Part shown: piece by piece, positions 31,981-44,070 of the stretch
Layout: the number at the start of each line of letters is the position of its first letter
Numbering within the stretch: position 1 is the first letter of the stretch
Made by a program: the position numbers and the translations under genes
The notes under the pieces: generated by a model
What the model saw: the letters and a program-made list of their open reading frames with translations, nothing else
What the model was told of the DNA's origin: nothing
Database searches by the model: none
Assembly: GCA_002269645.1 (NCBI GenBank)
Contig: NIVC01001433.1
Span: forward strand, 1 to 64,000
Reading direction: 5' to 3'
DNA from: Macrostomum lignano
Lineage: Eukaryota
DNA: 64,000 nt

Positions 31981-32822
31981 GCCCTCACTCTGATCCTGTT
32001 AAATATGGGAAACCAGCCTCACTCTGATCCTGTTAAATATGGGAAACCAGCCTCACTCTGATCCTGTTAGATATGGGAAACCAGCCTCACTCTGATCCTG
32101 TTAGATATGGGAAACCAGCCCCACTCTGATCCTGTTAGATATGGGAAACCAGCCTCACTCTGATCCTGTTTAATATGGGAAACCAGCCTCACTTTGATCC
32201 TGTTAGATATGGGAAACCAGCCCCACTCTGATCCTGTTAGATATGGGAAACCAGCCCCACTCTGATCCTGTTAGATATGGGAAACCAGCCCCACTCTGAT
32301 CCTGTTAGATATGGGAAACCAGCCCCACTCTGATCCTGTTAAATATGGGAAACCAGCCCCACTCTGATCCTGTTAAATATGGGAAACCAGCCCCACTCCG
32401 ATCCTGTTAGATATGGGAAACCAGCCCCACTCTGATCCTGTTAGATAGGGGAAACCAGCTTCGATCTGATCCTGTTAGATAGGGGAAACCAGCCTCACTC
32501 TGATCCTGTTAGATATGGGAAACCAGCCCCACTCTGATCCTGTTAGATAGGGGAAACCAGCTTCGATCTGATCCTGTTAGATAGGGGAAACCAGCCTCAC
32601 TCTGATCCTGTTAGGGGAAACCAGCCTCACTCTGATCCTGTTAGATATGGGAAAGCAGCCTCACTTTGGTCCTGTTAGATATGAGAAAGCAGCCTCACTC
32701 TGATCCTGTTAGATATGGGAATTAACAGCCTCACTCTGATCCTGTTAGATATGGGAAACCAGCCTCGCTCTGATATCCTGTTAGATATGGAAAGCAGCCG
32801 CAGTCTGATCCTGTTAGACACG
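31981..32822. repeat. 34-bp minisatellite (CTCTGATCCTGTTAGATATGGGAAACCAGCCTCA)n
   Basis: About 24 contiguous copies with no unique spacers. Confidence 0.95.
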
Positions 32823-33032
32823 GGAATACAGCCTCTAATGATTTAAACCTAAATGTACATCCGGAAACGCTTGAGTTTCAAAGCTGAAATAACAACTCAA
32901 GTTATGTGCAAGAAAGGAAAAATAGTCTCAACTTTGCAAAGTTTGTTAAATCCAATTACATGATGTACATGTATATATTGCTTTAGACGACCTAATGATA
33001 ATACGCAGCCGTCTCGACAGTCATTATTAGTG

Positions 33033-33954
33033 AAAGTTCTCAGGCTCCCAGCACCAGAACCTCGTATTCCTTGCTCTTATGCTCGGTTCCGCCGTACGGA
33101 AAGTAGGCGCAGCGGCGGCTCTTGTGCACCTTGCCCACGCACACGGAGCCATCGACCTGCATAAAGATTAGTGAACAGCAATGTTGAGCGCAATAACTAA
33201 TATACATGTACCACCTTGCAGTTCAAGGTGTCCGCAGGCTTAAGTAAACTGCAGTTTTTACCTCGCCACGAGCGATGTACAGCGGCTCCGCGTTCTTCTC
33301 TCGGCCGGCCACCAGCGCCTTCTTCGGTACGTCGCCGTCCTCCTCCTTCACCCACTTGAAGCCCCTGCCGTAGCAGCCAATGTCGGAGCGGACCAGCACC
33401 TCGTACTCCGTGATGGAGTGCTCTGTGCCACCATAGGGCACGAAGGCAGCAGTGCAGCCCTGAGACAGCTGGCCCGGCACCCAGAAGCCATCGAGCTTGG
33501 CTCGGACAACGTAGCAGCCAGGAGCAGCCTCGACAGCGTTTGGCGGGATGTCACCGTCGGTGGCAGGCTGCCAGCTGACGCAGATCTCGATGCCCTTGAA
33601 TCCGGCGTGCTTCACCTTGCTCATTGTGGTGTTGCCTGACTGTTTCGGGAATGCTTTGACTCTTGAGTGAGCTGTTGAGTTGTGTGTGAGCTTTTCGGAG
33701 TCAAACTTCTGCAGCTTAAATAGACAGCGCAGAGCTCATCTACATGACTGGCACGTCACGGCACTGACAACGTGCAATTCTAATCGCCTTTGCATTTTAA
33801 CTTTTTCACTTTCATTTCGCCTCGCTAGTTGCAGCACCTCGTGCTTCGACTGGCAGAGCACTTTGCTTGCAACGTGAGAGCTTTTAGAATTGAGGGCACA
33901 GGGAACCTACGAGCGTATTCTCACAAATACATGTACGTAAACACAAATTTGCAA
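33033..33954. repeat. Left arm of an about 920-bp inverted duplication (partner 37264-38178)
   Basis: Reverse complement matches 37264-38178 with roughly 8 substitutions and one 8-nt indel by hand alignment; covers promoter, both exons and the intron of the DM9 gene. Confidence 0.95.
33040..33624 (-). CDS. DM9-repeat (DUF3421) lectin-like protein, copy A, 159 aa
   Basis: Exons 33624-33262 and 33156-33040; two DM9 repeats (W..DGDIPPNAV...YVVRA...PYGGTEH..EYEVLV; W..DGDVP..AL.AG...LYIARG...GKV...PYGGTEH..EYEVLV); no signal peptide. Confidence 0.9.
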
Positions 33955-34054
33955 AAACAGCCACAGCGAGATTTTTGAGGATGAGGCAGTTTTGTGATTT
34001 AAATTTTAACTACTAGAAATGAAGTTGTGTGAGTTGTGTGAATTAGGACTGAGA

Positions 34055-37000
34055 TTGTTACGGATGATTTTTTCAGAGATGAGATTAATCTCATAGTGCG
34101 GGATCCAATCCTCAAGGATGAGATTAATAGTGATGATATCTGAGATAAATAGGATTATCTGGAATAAACTTATCAGAAATAAGTTTATCTGCGATTTAAT
34201 TTTTTTTTTGTTTGACATTATCAGGACTGGGAAAAAACAAGAAATAAATAAAGATACAATTATCGGGGATAAGACTATCAGGAATGAGATAATCAGGGAT
34301 AAGATTATCAGAGATTTCTTCCTAATCCTCCCCCATAAGATTGTTCGCGCTAAAATACTGAGGACAAAAGCTCTTATTGAAACTCTCATTGCACTCATTC
34401 TGATAGCCAGGTGCAGAAACAGGTGCGAGAAGCTACTGCTGTTGTTTTTGTTGTTGATGCGGCAAAAGCGCCGAGCCGGTCTAAAAGAACCGCCTCGCCA
34501 GCGCCAGCGCCCTCGCGGGGGCGGCCGTCAGAGTCTCGAGTGGAACGTCGTCGTCATCGAAGATATCCAGCCTCGCTTGACGTAGGGCTGGCCCGCACGA
34601 GAGCCAGTGGACCAGGTCTTCGGGCCGTCCTGGCACCGTGGACAAGTCGGGTCGGCCGCGGGGTTGACCAGGGCGCCGTACGCTTTAAGGAGGCTGCAGT
34701 GCCCGGAGCGGAGGCGGAGAACAGCATCTTGGCGGCAGGAGATCTCGGCGCGGTCGCGCTGGTGGTCCAGGTCCAGGGCGTGGTAGACCGTGGCGGTTCT
34801 CGAGTGGCTGATGGGGACCCACTGGAGGGACAGGTCCGGGAACGAAGACAGGTCAGGCAGCGGGTAGCTGTGCTGGGCGCGGCCAGCCAAGGCGGAGAGG
34901 AGCGAACTGCTGTCGGAGCAGATGAGGACCCTGCGCGAGAGAGGCGAATCCAAGACAGGGCCAGCTGGAGCGAGCGCCGCTCCTCATCGAAGCTACTGGT
35001 CACGGGCGCCCCGCGGCACGCGATCATCTCGATGACGTCAGGGGCCGCCGAGTCTCTACGCCGCTCCGCCGTGGGCGACGCCCTCGCAGGCCGAGCCGTC
35101 GGAGTAGATTACGATGTCCTCGGCGAGTTGCCGGATGGCGGCTTCCGCCTGGCGACGAGGCTCGGTGTCAGACTCCGAGTCCGGCAGCTGGGTGGCGATG
35201 ACGGGTGGACGCGTCGTCGTTGACCACGGACATTGCGGGAACGCCGGCAGCGGCTCGCGGGGGCCAGGAGTCCCGGCATACTAGCTAGGGGCAGTTGGGC
35301 GCGGTGACGCCAGCTGCTCCGGGCCGTGCAGTGCGGCACCTGACCCGCCGCGGCACGATGGCGGGGGTGGTTCTGCGGCAAACGGAGAGCTTTTTCGAAT
35401 GCGATAAGGCAGATTTGATAGCAAGGGTCGCCTCGGTGCACACACCAGCCTCCAGGTGCAGGGCCTCCGTAGGAGTGGTGCACAATTGCCCGGTGACGAT
35501 CCGGAGGGCCTGGTTCTGAGCTCTTTGGAGGCGGGCGATCGCGGAGTCGGAGAGCCAGGGCATCCAGGCCGGAGCGGCGTAAGTGAAGATGCTTTGGAGA
35601 AGAGCCTTGAACGTGCGGAGGAGGCTGTCTTTGGGCCACCCCCAGGACCTTGCAGCGAGGCAAGCCAGCAGGCGGCAGCGGCTATGGAGCGCGCGCGGAA
35701 CACCTCGGTGACCTGTTTGCGGAAGGCCAGCGAGCGGTCCAGGTGGACGCCGAGGAAGCGTGGGCTATCATTAGCTGGGATCGTGGTTTCGTTCAACAAA
35801 ATGCGCGGACGGGCCGGAGCCTCATGAGGCAAACCATCTTCGCTCTTTTTGGCGTTGAGAACCATCTTGTTGGCCGAGCTCCAGATCGCGACCTGGGAGA
35901 CCGCGGCTTGGAGGCGTTCGCTGGCCGTCGCGAGATTGTTGTGGCGAGTGTACAGGGCAATTTCGTCAGCGTACACAGTATCGTAAGCTACTGCACACAC
36001 TATCGTGGGAAAATCTAAAGCAAAGCATTCTCGATAATTCTTTTTGAAAGACAGATTCCGCTTTGAAAAGGCTTGCATTTGAAAACTCAAATACGTGAAT
36101 GAGTCCGATTGGCCTCATCAAGAAATTTGAAGTCGCTGCCAATTAAATCCAGCAGCTCGAATTTCGCTATAAATTCCAGATTCTCTCAGCCACACCCGAG
36201 AAGCATGGTAAAGCTGAGCAGATAGATTCTTTAAGCAGCAATAAAATGCTTTCTTCGCCAGGTTCATTATTCTAATCGCTTCCTCCAGCTCTTCAACGAC
36301 GAACGGGGTGTTGAACTCCAGGCTTTGTTTGTCTAAACCCGTTTTGCCCGGTCCTACTTCTCGATCTTGACTTTGCTGTTGCCTGCGTACTTATTCACAA
36401 ACACCGCAGCCTTTTCTGACCTCCTGCCTTTTCTCCCTCGTATCTGGTTCGGCGGGGCAGCGTCTTTTGCCGCATAAATCGATTTGATAGTGTTCCAAGT
36501 CCTTTTCCCCAATTCTTCTTATCCTAAATTTTTCCCGTGAGCTTTCGGCCATTCTTGACTTCCTTCCGCCGTGTCTCTTAGGAAATTTTCCAGTTCATTC
36601 TGCAATGCGTCTATAGTTCCTCGCCCCAGAACGGCTTGTTAATTCGCCCACTTTCTTCTTTGGGATACTCAATTTCGCAGCCTTTATCATGGCTTCGCTC
36701 AGACCTTTAAATTATTTACCCATTTGCACCGCTCCGCCAACTCCCCGGCTGCTAACGAGACGTCCTGTCAGCCAGTCTACTCGAGTCGGGGCTCCATCGT
36801 TCAGGACCCTGTAGCCAAATTCGTCAAATCAGTCCCCAAGTTCGGCTGCCTTTCTCTGCCCTGTTCTTCGCTGCTCCCCCATCTGGTGCTATGAAGGTTC
36901 AGGACGCCTAGGATCAGCTTCCTTCTGTTTGGCTTGAGCCAACTCCAGACACCGTTTTCCTATCGTATAATCTCATGCATGATAATCGTATGCCTGATGG

Positions 37001-37070
37001 TCGCATCTCGGAAAATCTCATTCCTGATAATCTCATCCCTGATTATCTCACACGAAATAATCTCACCCCT
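34055..37070. mobile_element. Possible MITE with inverted GAGATTATC/GATAATCTC subterminal repeats (34055-34340 and 36965-37070) enclosing the LINE
   Basis: The left block repeats GAGATAATCAGGGATAAGATTATCAG; the right block is its reverse complement; no TSD identified. Confidence 0.4.
34434..36925 (-). mobile_element. Decayed non-LTR retrotransposon (APE-RT-RNase H-CCHC; I-group-like)
   Basis: Minus-strand fragments in order: LILGVLNLHSTRWG and RVLNDGAPTR (APE), YADEIAL...PRFLGVHLDRSL (RT), LQRAQNQALRIVTG, YSDGSA...ICSDSSSLLSAL...LQWVP (RNase H), LRLRSGHC...CPRC (C-terminal zinc motif), and a CAA-rich tail; many frameshifts and deletions. Confidence 0.85.
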
Positions 37071-37451
37071 TCGCTCAACCACTCCAATTCCTAGTTGTAT
37101 AGTCAGTCAATCGACAATGGAATTCCAAAACGCTGACCCTTAGGTCACTGCTAAAGGCGCTCGTCAGTGTGCAGATATTCAGTGCTGTTCAAATTTCATA
37201 AAAATCCTGTCTTATTCTCGGCTGTTTCCAGGTAAATAACAAAGCATCTATTGCGAGCAACAGTTGCAAATTTGTGTTTACGTACATGTATTTGTGAGAA
37301 TAGGGTCCCTGTGCCCTCAATTCTAAAAGCTCTCGCGTTGCAAGCAAAGTGCTCTGCCAGTCGAAGCACGAGGTGCTGCAACTAGCGAGGCGAAATGAAA
37401 GTGAAAAAGTTAAAATGCAAAGGCGATTAGAATTGCACGTTGTCAGTGCCG

Positions 37452-37494
37452 TGACGTGCCAGTCATGTAGATGAGCTCTGCGCTGTCTATTTAA
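37452..37494 (+). promoter_or_regulatory. Putative DM9 core promoter (TGACGT CRE-like element plus TATTTAA), duplicated in the left arm
   Basis: TATTTAA at 37488-37494, about 95 nt before the ATG; TGACGT at 37452-37457. Confidence 0.4.
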
Positions 37495-37585
37495 GCTGCA
37501 GCAGTTTGACTCCGAAAAGCTCACACACAACTCAACAGCTCACTCAAGAGTCAAAGCATTCCCGAAACAGTCAGGCAACACCACA

Positions 37586-38170
37586 ATGAGCAAGGTGAAG
37601 CACGCCGGATTCAAGGGCATCGAGATCTGCGTCAGCTGGCAGCCTGCCACCGACGGTGACATCCCGCCAAACGCTGTCGAGGCTGCTCCTGGCTGCTACG
37701 TTGTCCGAGCCAAGCTCGATGGCTTCTGGGTGCCGGGCCAGCTGTCTCAGGGCTGCACTGCTGCCTTCGTGCCCTATGGTGGCACAGAGCACTCCATCAC
37801 CGAGTACGAGGTGCTGGTCCGCTCAGACATTGGCTGCTACGGCAGGGGCTTCAAGTGGGTGAAGGAGGAAGACGGCGACGTACCGAAGAAGGCGCTGGTG
37901 GCCGGCCGAGAGAAGAACGCGGAGCCGCTGTACATCGCTCGTGGCGAGGTAAAAACTGCAGTTTACTTAAGCCTGCGGACACCTTGAACTGCAAGGTGGT
38001 ACATGTATATTAGTTATTGCGCTCAACATTGCTGTTCACTAATCTTTATGCAGGTCGATGGCTCCGTGTGCGTGGGCAAGGTGCACAAGAGCCGCCGCTG
38101 CGCCTACTTTCCGTACGGCGGAAGCGAGCATAAGAGCAAGGAATACGAGGTTCTGGTGCTGGGGGACTGA
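37586..38170 (+). CDS. DM9-repeat (DUF3421) lectin-like protein, copy B, 159 aa
   Basis: Exons 37586-37948 and 38054-38170; differs from copy A at two residues (S/T in YGGSEH and terminal D/A). Confidence 0.9.
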
Positions 38171-40151
38171 GAACTTTGACAATCTGTCTAAAGGCCTAAT
38201 GACAGCTTAATTACCCAGCCATTGCACTTGGATATGTGTCATTTTTATTTGCGTACAGTACTGCGCGCACTTAATTCGACTACTGCGTACTTGCACAACG
38301 GTCGTGTCTGCGTGTGTAAGCATAGTTAAATTGATGCGAAAATAAATGGTGTAGGCGGAAATCTAAACCATCGTTATCATTAGGTCTACAACAATATAAT
38401 ATGGATTTAACGATTTGTGCAAAGTTAAGGTTATTTTTGCTATTTTTTGCACATACACTCAGGGACATTGAAAAGTATCCACACTGATCTACGAGTACTG
38501 AGTCACAATTGACTCTTATTTTGGCATTCTGACCATAAAAGTCGCATCTATGACTCATCAGTTCCTATTGTGGGCAATTGAACAATGGCTACCGTTTCCT
38601 GCGGGATGCCATGTTGCGATCGGAGAGAAAGGGCTCACTAGATCGAGTGAAGACTTTTCAATGTCCCCGAGACTGGTACTGTACTTCAGCTTTCCAGCAT
38701 AAATACTATTCATTTAGGTTTTAGTGCTTATAAATAGCAGATATCATTGTTGAATGCCATTGGAAGTTTAATTTGTAATGTGATATTTTACAGCAAAAGA
38801 ATTTCGAAGTTAAATTTAATACTGGTTAGATATGTTACATGCATCTCGAGTGTAAGTGTACGATAGGTCTGCTAGAGGTAGGAAAAATTTTAAATAAATG
38901 AATTTATTATTGTTAAATGCATTTTTGAGTATATGGTGACACAATGTAGTCAAATATACCTCAATTTATACCTCACTCTGAGCCTGCTGTGTGAATGTAA
39001 GATTGTACTGAACCTTTAGGACCAAATGAGGTGTTGTGTATCTTTAAAAGAAGCATAGGGTCGTTGTGAATTTGAAACATGTGTTTCACATCATACATGT
39101 ACGAGCGTAGCTTATCGACCTAAATAGATGGAAATATGTATCATTTATCTTACATAACTGGCTGATTCTTGTCAATGACCTATCTTAGTGAGTGCTTGAC
39201 TGCAAATGTCTACTTTTCTTACTTAGAGACTTATCTAAAGTATCAGTGTGACTTGATTGCTTAGATAGTTGGCTTTGAACCTCTCGCTGAAATCAATCGT
39301 TGCCCGAAGCTAAAGCAAAGAATGCTTGAAATCTTGCGACTGTGACACTAGAAGAGATTCGAATACTTAATGGGTTAAGTCGCCGAGAATGGCGATCTCT
39401 CCGATTTAATGATTGTCTGCCATTTTTCTTTCCACTTGATTACAGGCACGCGATTGTAAATGAAATTTACTTTGAAGCAAACACCAAACACCGAATATTT
39501 AAGTGGGGGTGGACGTAAAGTGTTGTGATTAAAGCGTCTGAATGTTATTGCTATAAGTTTCTAAATTAGAGACATTCCGAACAATGGATAAATAATCAGC
39601 GGTCCCAGTGCGTGACAACCATTGTCTGGCGAGCGCTTGTTGTCACGTCGTCACGTGCTGCGACCGCTGATTCTTTGCATTAAAATGCTGCTTGTCGATC
39701 CTACAAACAATGCATTTTTGTAGTATATTATTGTTCTACATAAAAAGTGTGAATAATGATAGTCAAATTGCTAGACAATGCATTGTCATAAAAACAGCAC
39801 TCAAGAAAACTCATCGATATTTTATTTTGAAAACGTTCGAAAAAAACAATATAACCCTGCATCCCCTGCATAATATATCCCTGCATCAATGATTTACCGT
39901 TCAAATTTCGAATCGCCCAAAGCAATAAGCTGAGAAACGGCTGTTTATGAGCAACCAGCTCAGCGGGAAATCAATAAACAAATGACACTCGCTCTGAAAC
40001 ACTATTGGCTGTGGGATGCAGCGGGGAATGCGATAGGAGCATATTAACAGAGATCAGGAGCAGAGTACACCAATATTTTTCGGTAACTTGGAAAACTCAA
40101 TAAGAACTGAACCATTCTGCTAAGGCTTGTTCCGGTATCGGAAGCAACAGA

Positions 40152-41075
40152 ATGAGCAGCAACTGGTTTCCTCTTCTGCTCCTTCTGTTTGTCCTGCAAG
40201 ACGCTGTCCAAGCCGACAGCGAGCTGCACAGCGGAGTGTCGCTCGGCGGCTGCGTGGTGCCGCAGACTCCGCAGCACTCGCTGACGGCCTCGAGCGCCCG
40301 CATGTGCGCCTTCCTGTGCTCTCAGCTCCGTCGTCCCTGCATCGCCTGGAGCCACCGCGCAGGCGTCTGCAACATGTCCGACAGCCTCCAGACCGCCAGT
40401 CTGACGAACGACACCGACTGCCAGTCGTGGAGCGCCCTGCGCCAGCTCGGCCTCGTCGCCTTCTGGCCCATGAGCAACGCCACTCGGACTCGCAATGCGG
40501 TCTCGAACAGCGGCCATCTCGACCTGCAGGAGAACATCCCGATGCAGTACACGGACAGCGCCGTCAACTTCACTGGTCAGTCGGGTGTGTCAGAGCGGTT
40601 CAACATTGACGAGCTGACTTCGGTGTGTCTCACCAGCCTCAGCATGTCAGTGTGGGTCAAGGTCACCAATGCGTCAAGGGGTTCGATGCCTCTGCTGGAG
40701 GGCCTCACAATGCCTTCTTCATACCACACTCGATTTTGGCTTCATCCTACAACTACCGACATCGAGCTCACCGTTGCATCGAATGTCCGAGTGTCCGGAC
40801 CCACCGACACGGCCAGCGGTTGGACCCACATTGCCGCGGTGTACGACAGGCAGACTCCGGAAATCAGGATCCTCGTCAACGGAACTCGACAGGCCACCAG
40901 CGGCTCAGCCACCGCTTTGACTTCGTGCGCGAACTTCGGCAGCAGCGTGCAGATCGGAGCCATCAGCCGCAGTGCCGGCCACAACCGCGTCTTCGAGGGC
41001 TTCATGAGATGCTTCGGAGTGTCAGAGAGAGCTCTGAGGGACTCTGAAGTTGCTCTGCTGCAGGGGCTGTGCTGA
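40152..41075 (+). CDS. Secreted PAN/apple-like plus LamG/concanavalin A-like domain protein, intronless, 307 aa
   Basis: Hydrophobic signal peptide (WFPLLLLLFVLQDAVQA); Cys-rich CAFLC...C..C module; LamG_3-like motifs VAFWPM, SMSVWVK, WTHIAAVYD, ILVNG, IGA, FEG, RALRDSEV; six N-x-S/T sequons. Confidence 0.8.
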   Translation: MSSNWFPLLLLLFVLQDAVQADSELHSGVSLGGCVVPQTPQHSLTASSARMCAFLCSQLRRPCIAWSHRAGVCNMSDSLQTASLTNDTDCQSWSALRQLGLVAFWPMSNATRTRNAVSNSGHLDLQENIPMQYTDSAVNFTGQSGVSERFNIDELTSVCLTSLSMSVWVKVTNASRGSMPLLEGLTMPSSYHTRFWLHPTTTDIELTVASNVRVSGPTDTASGWTHIAAVYDRQTPEIRILVNGTRQATSGSATALTSCANFGSSVQIGAISRSAGHNRVFEGFMRCFGVSERALRDSEVALLQGLC

Positions 41076-42522
41076 GCAGTTTCTGTTGCCACTCAAGCGC
41101 CTTCTCAAGCGGCTTTGCTGGCTCGCTGATGCTCGAGGATTACTGTTCATGGATGCTTCTTTGACGAGAAAGTTTTTGATAAACTCAATTTCTGATAATA
41201 ATCTCTAATATTGGATGTTTGAAAATATGATTAGGTAGGGACTTCAACTCTGCTTAAATAAGCGATGTACACTGGTGAACGGCTTAAAGCCATACTTTTT
41301 TTGTACATGTAACTCTTAAGTAACAATGAGATCGCAGCTGCTTTAATAAAAGTTTTCAGAATTTTCTTTGCAAAATATTTAGCCTGGATAAGCGTCATGC
41401 CTTTGGAAGAAATTTTGTGACCGCTTTGATGGCGTTTACATGTAATTGGAGGCGTATCTATTGCTGTTACCTCATGACGATTTAAATTGAATGAGGGGAA
41501 ACTCTTTTCTTAGGAACTATTTTGAGGGCTGGTTTTTCGTGGAAAATAATGTACAAATACAGAGATACCTGATAGGAACTTTTTATTTTTCAGCACAAGA
41601 AACAGATTTGACGCCCGGCTCTCTCATTGTGTTGTGTATAGACGAAAGACTAAACGGACTTTACTTTCTCTGCATGTCTACACCATTTTACCTCCTATTT
41701 TGAACAAAGTCTTATTCAAAAGAAACAAGCAGAACTTCAATTCAAACACTTTAAGAAATATCAGCGCTTGCGGAAATTCAAATCAAACAAAGTCCCTTTC
41801 TATTGAAACAGAAGAACTTCAATTTCAGACTGTCTGCGGCCAAAATTGTCCCCGAGTGACGCGCATGCGCAAACTTGAAATTCAAAAGAAACAAAGTCGC
41901 ATTCTATCGATTCTATCGAACAACAACTATCCCTGTTCCAATAATAGTACTTCTGTTGTCTCTGCCTAAACCCTACGGCCTCATCAACGTTGTAAAAACT
42001 TTATTGGGCTTTACAGTAGAATTTCTAGTAGGCTGCAGTCTGCGTCTTAATAAATGAATTTTTTAATATCTAGGATGGCTTGATTGATGCCTAAAACCAG
42101 ATATTTGATAATGTACCCACCTGTCTGTTAGTATATGCTGGTTCAATAAACCTTTTGCATTAATATTTCATTGCTTCTGCTCAGCTGAGAGAGGCTTGAT
42201 GGGGTGATTGAATGGTAGCTGGCCCTTCTACCCACCTGTTGTGCGTAGAGCTGGCGGCTCCGCTAATAAATGCTTCTAAAACAGCTGCGTATCGTTGTTG
42301 CATTTTTGCTATGCTTTTTTCTGCTTTTAACGCTTATTTTGCCTGGGGAAGGGAAGAGTAGCCCCAACACGTGTCCGACTCTCGCGCTGGCCTGCAAATG
42401 GAGATTGGGAAAAACATCCCCCCCATAGGGCTGATCTCTAACAACTATTTTTTATTTCCTTTAAAGAAGCAGGGACGCTGCCAACTCTCGTCATCCTAAT
42501 TAAAAATTTTTGGCTACGCCAG

Positions 42523-43300
42523 TGTTAGTCGGCTTGACTAGCCGTGTTCTCACGCACTGCCTGGGGCTTGTCCTATAGAGAAAATTTGCGAATGACACTA
42601 CTGCACACTGGTAATAACAACAGAAGATGGCGTCGCAGGTTGCGCACTTGGGCCAGGCCCGAACGAAGGCCACGACGCCGACCGAATGCGTGGTGTCAGA
42701 GTTAGCAAGCAGGCAGTCGACGAAACGCCGAGTGCGCGCCTGTCTGCCGGTAGCTAGGGTGCCTGTAGCGTCAGCAGCAGCAATTCATGCGGTGGCTTGG
42801 AGACGATGTCCATGTCGTTCCCCTGGACCCGGAAGGGCAAAACCTTAACTGCTCGAATCCGGAAATTACTGACGGTCTCTCAACGGCAACCGGGGCAAAC
42901 GACGCAATCTAGAGAAGGCAGAGCCAGGCCGAGAGCTCCGCGTCTTCCAGCTGAACGAGCTGAAGGCACGCACCACAGACACCGTCCTACGGTCGTCTGT
43001 CTACAATAAACTAAGCTCGGGCACGACGAAGAATACCTGCCTCCGAGCGATAATGGAGTGGCCGCACGGACGGACGGGATAGCGTTCCCGGTGCGACCAA
43101 CCGACACCACCATAACCGAGCGGGCCTAGACCCACCCCCGACCGACCTATCATCAGAACCCACCTGCAGAAAAGGACACCCTGAGGAGTGCCAGCAATGG
43201 TGCGAAGGCTGCAGAAGGCGGCGCACTGCATGCACAGAACACGAAAAAGCCAGTCCAGAACCAGAGGCGCTGAACCGCAACCCGAAGAGTCAGCCTGGAG
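42523..43300 (+). mobile_element. Possible truncated Gypsy-type LTR retrotransposon 5' end (LTR end, PBS-like, gag remnant)
   Basis: AATAACAACA followed by TGGCGTCGCAGG (PBS-like) and TGGTGTCAGAG at about 42691; broken translations FMRWLGDDVHVV and TCRKGHPEECQQWCEGC (zinc-knuckle-like); GC-rich island; no 3' LTR found. Confidence 0.3.
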
Positions 43301-44070
43301 GACCCGGATGACGACTGCGTGTAAACGACGCCTGCTCCAAAGATACTAATAAGACAAAAACATCAACCGGCAGGGGAGAGGTGATCACATTGGTGCGCAC
43401 AGACGTTCGGCACTCTGAAGGACCACCTCTGGCACGAACAGATGACAAGCAATTGACGTGGCGGCAAGGGCAAGGTGCATCACCATAATCAACATTTGCC
43501 GCCAGCACGCAGCAGGCCAGCAGGGGGATGAGCCACGAGGCAATATCGACCTGAAACGGCACGACCGAACAGGTGAGGAGCCACGCCCGGCCAAGACCAA
43601 TAAGAAAAGGCGGGCACCTGTCGCTCGTGTCCCACAACGTAGGACCGACGAGACCCATTCGTCATCGAGCCAAGGAAGCCCGGACGAAGTGCAACTACCC
43701 AGCCCCCCTTCTCACTAGGCAGCTCGGGAAGCTTAAAAACATGGAAGGCTGCCGTGCCAGATGGCGTCATGCATGCTATGTATCAGGGACTTCTGGAGCT
43801 AGCACCGGATGCTACTTTTAGGGGTCCCTGCTATGTATCTGGATAATTGAGTGCAACAAGACTCGCTAATTATTTTTCAAGCCAACTTTCTTCTTTAAAA
43901 AGTTGTACATTGAATGCAATTGTTCTGCCCTTATCCTAATTGTGCTGCTATTAGTATTGGATCGCAGCAGATTAAATCGGGACCTTTGTTGTTTGTAAAA
44001 GTCCTGGTTTCCTTAACTTTTGACACGTCAGGATGAGGAATACTGGTAGATGAAATCTGCATGTTTATAT

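Noticed and set aside
31981-32822. CRISPR-like array (also 61395-61809)
   Set aside because: Units are contiguous with no unique spacers, there are no cas genes, and the context is eukaryotic.
34411-35223. 270-aa plus-strand ORF
   Set aside because: Antisense shadow of the GC-rich LINE RNase H region.
38575-38725. Short open stretch GQLNNGYRFLRDAMLRSERK...
   Set aside because: No recognisable family, start or splice context.
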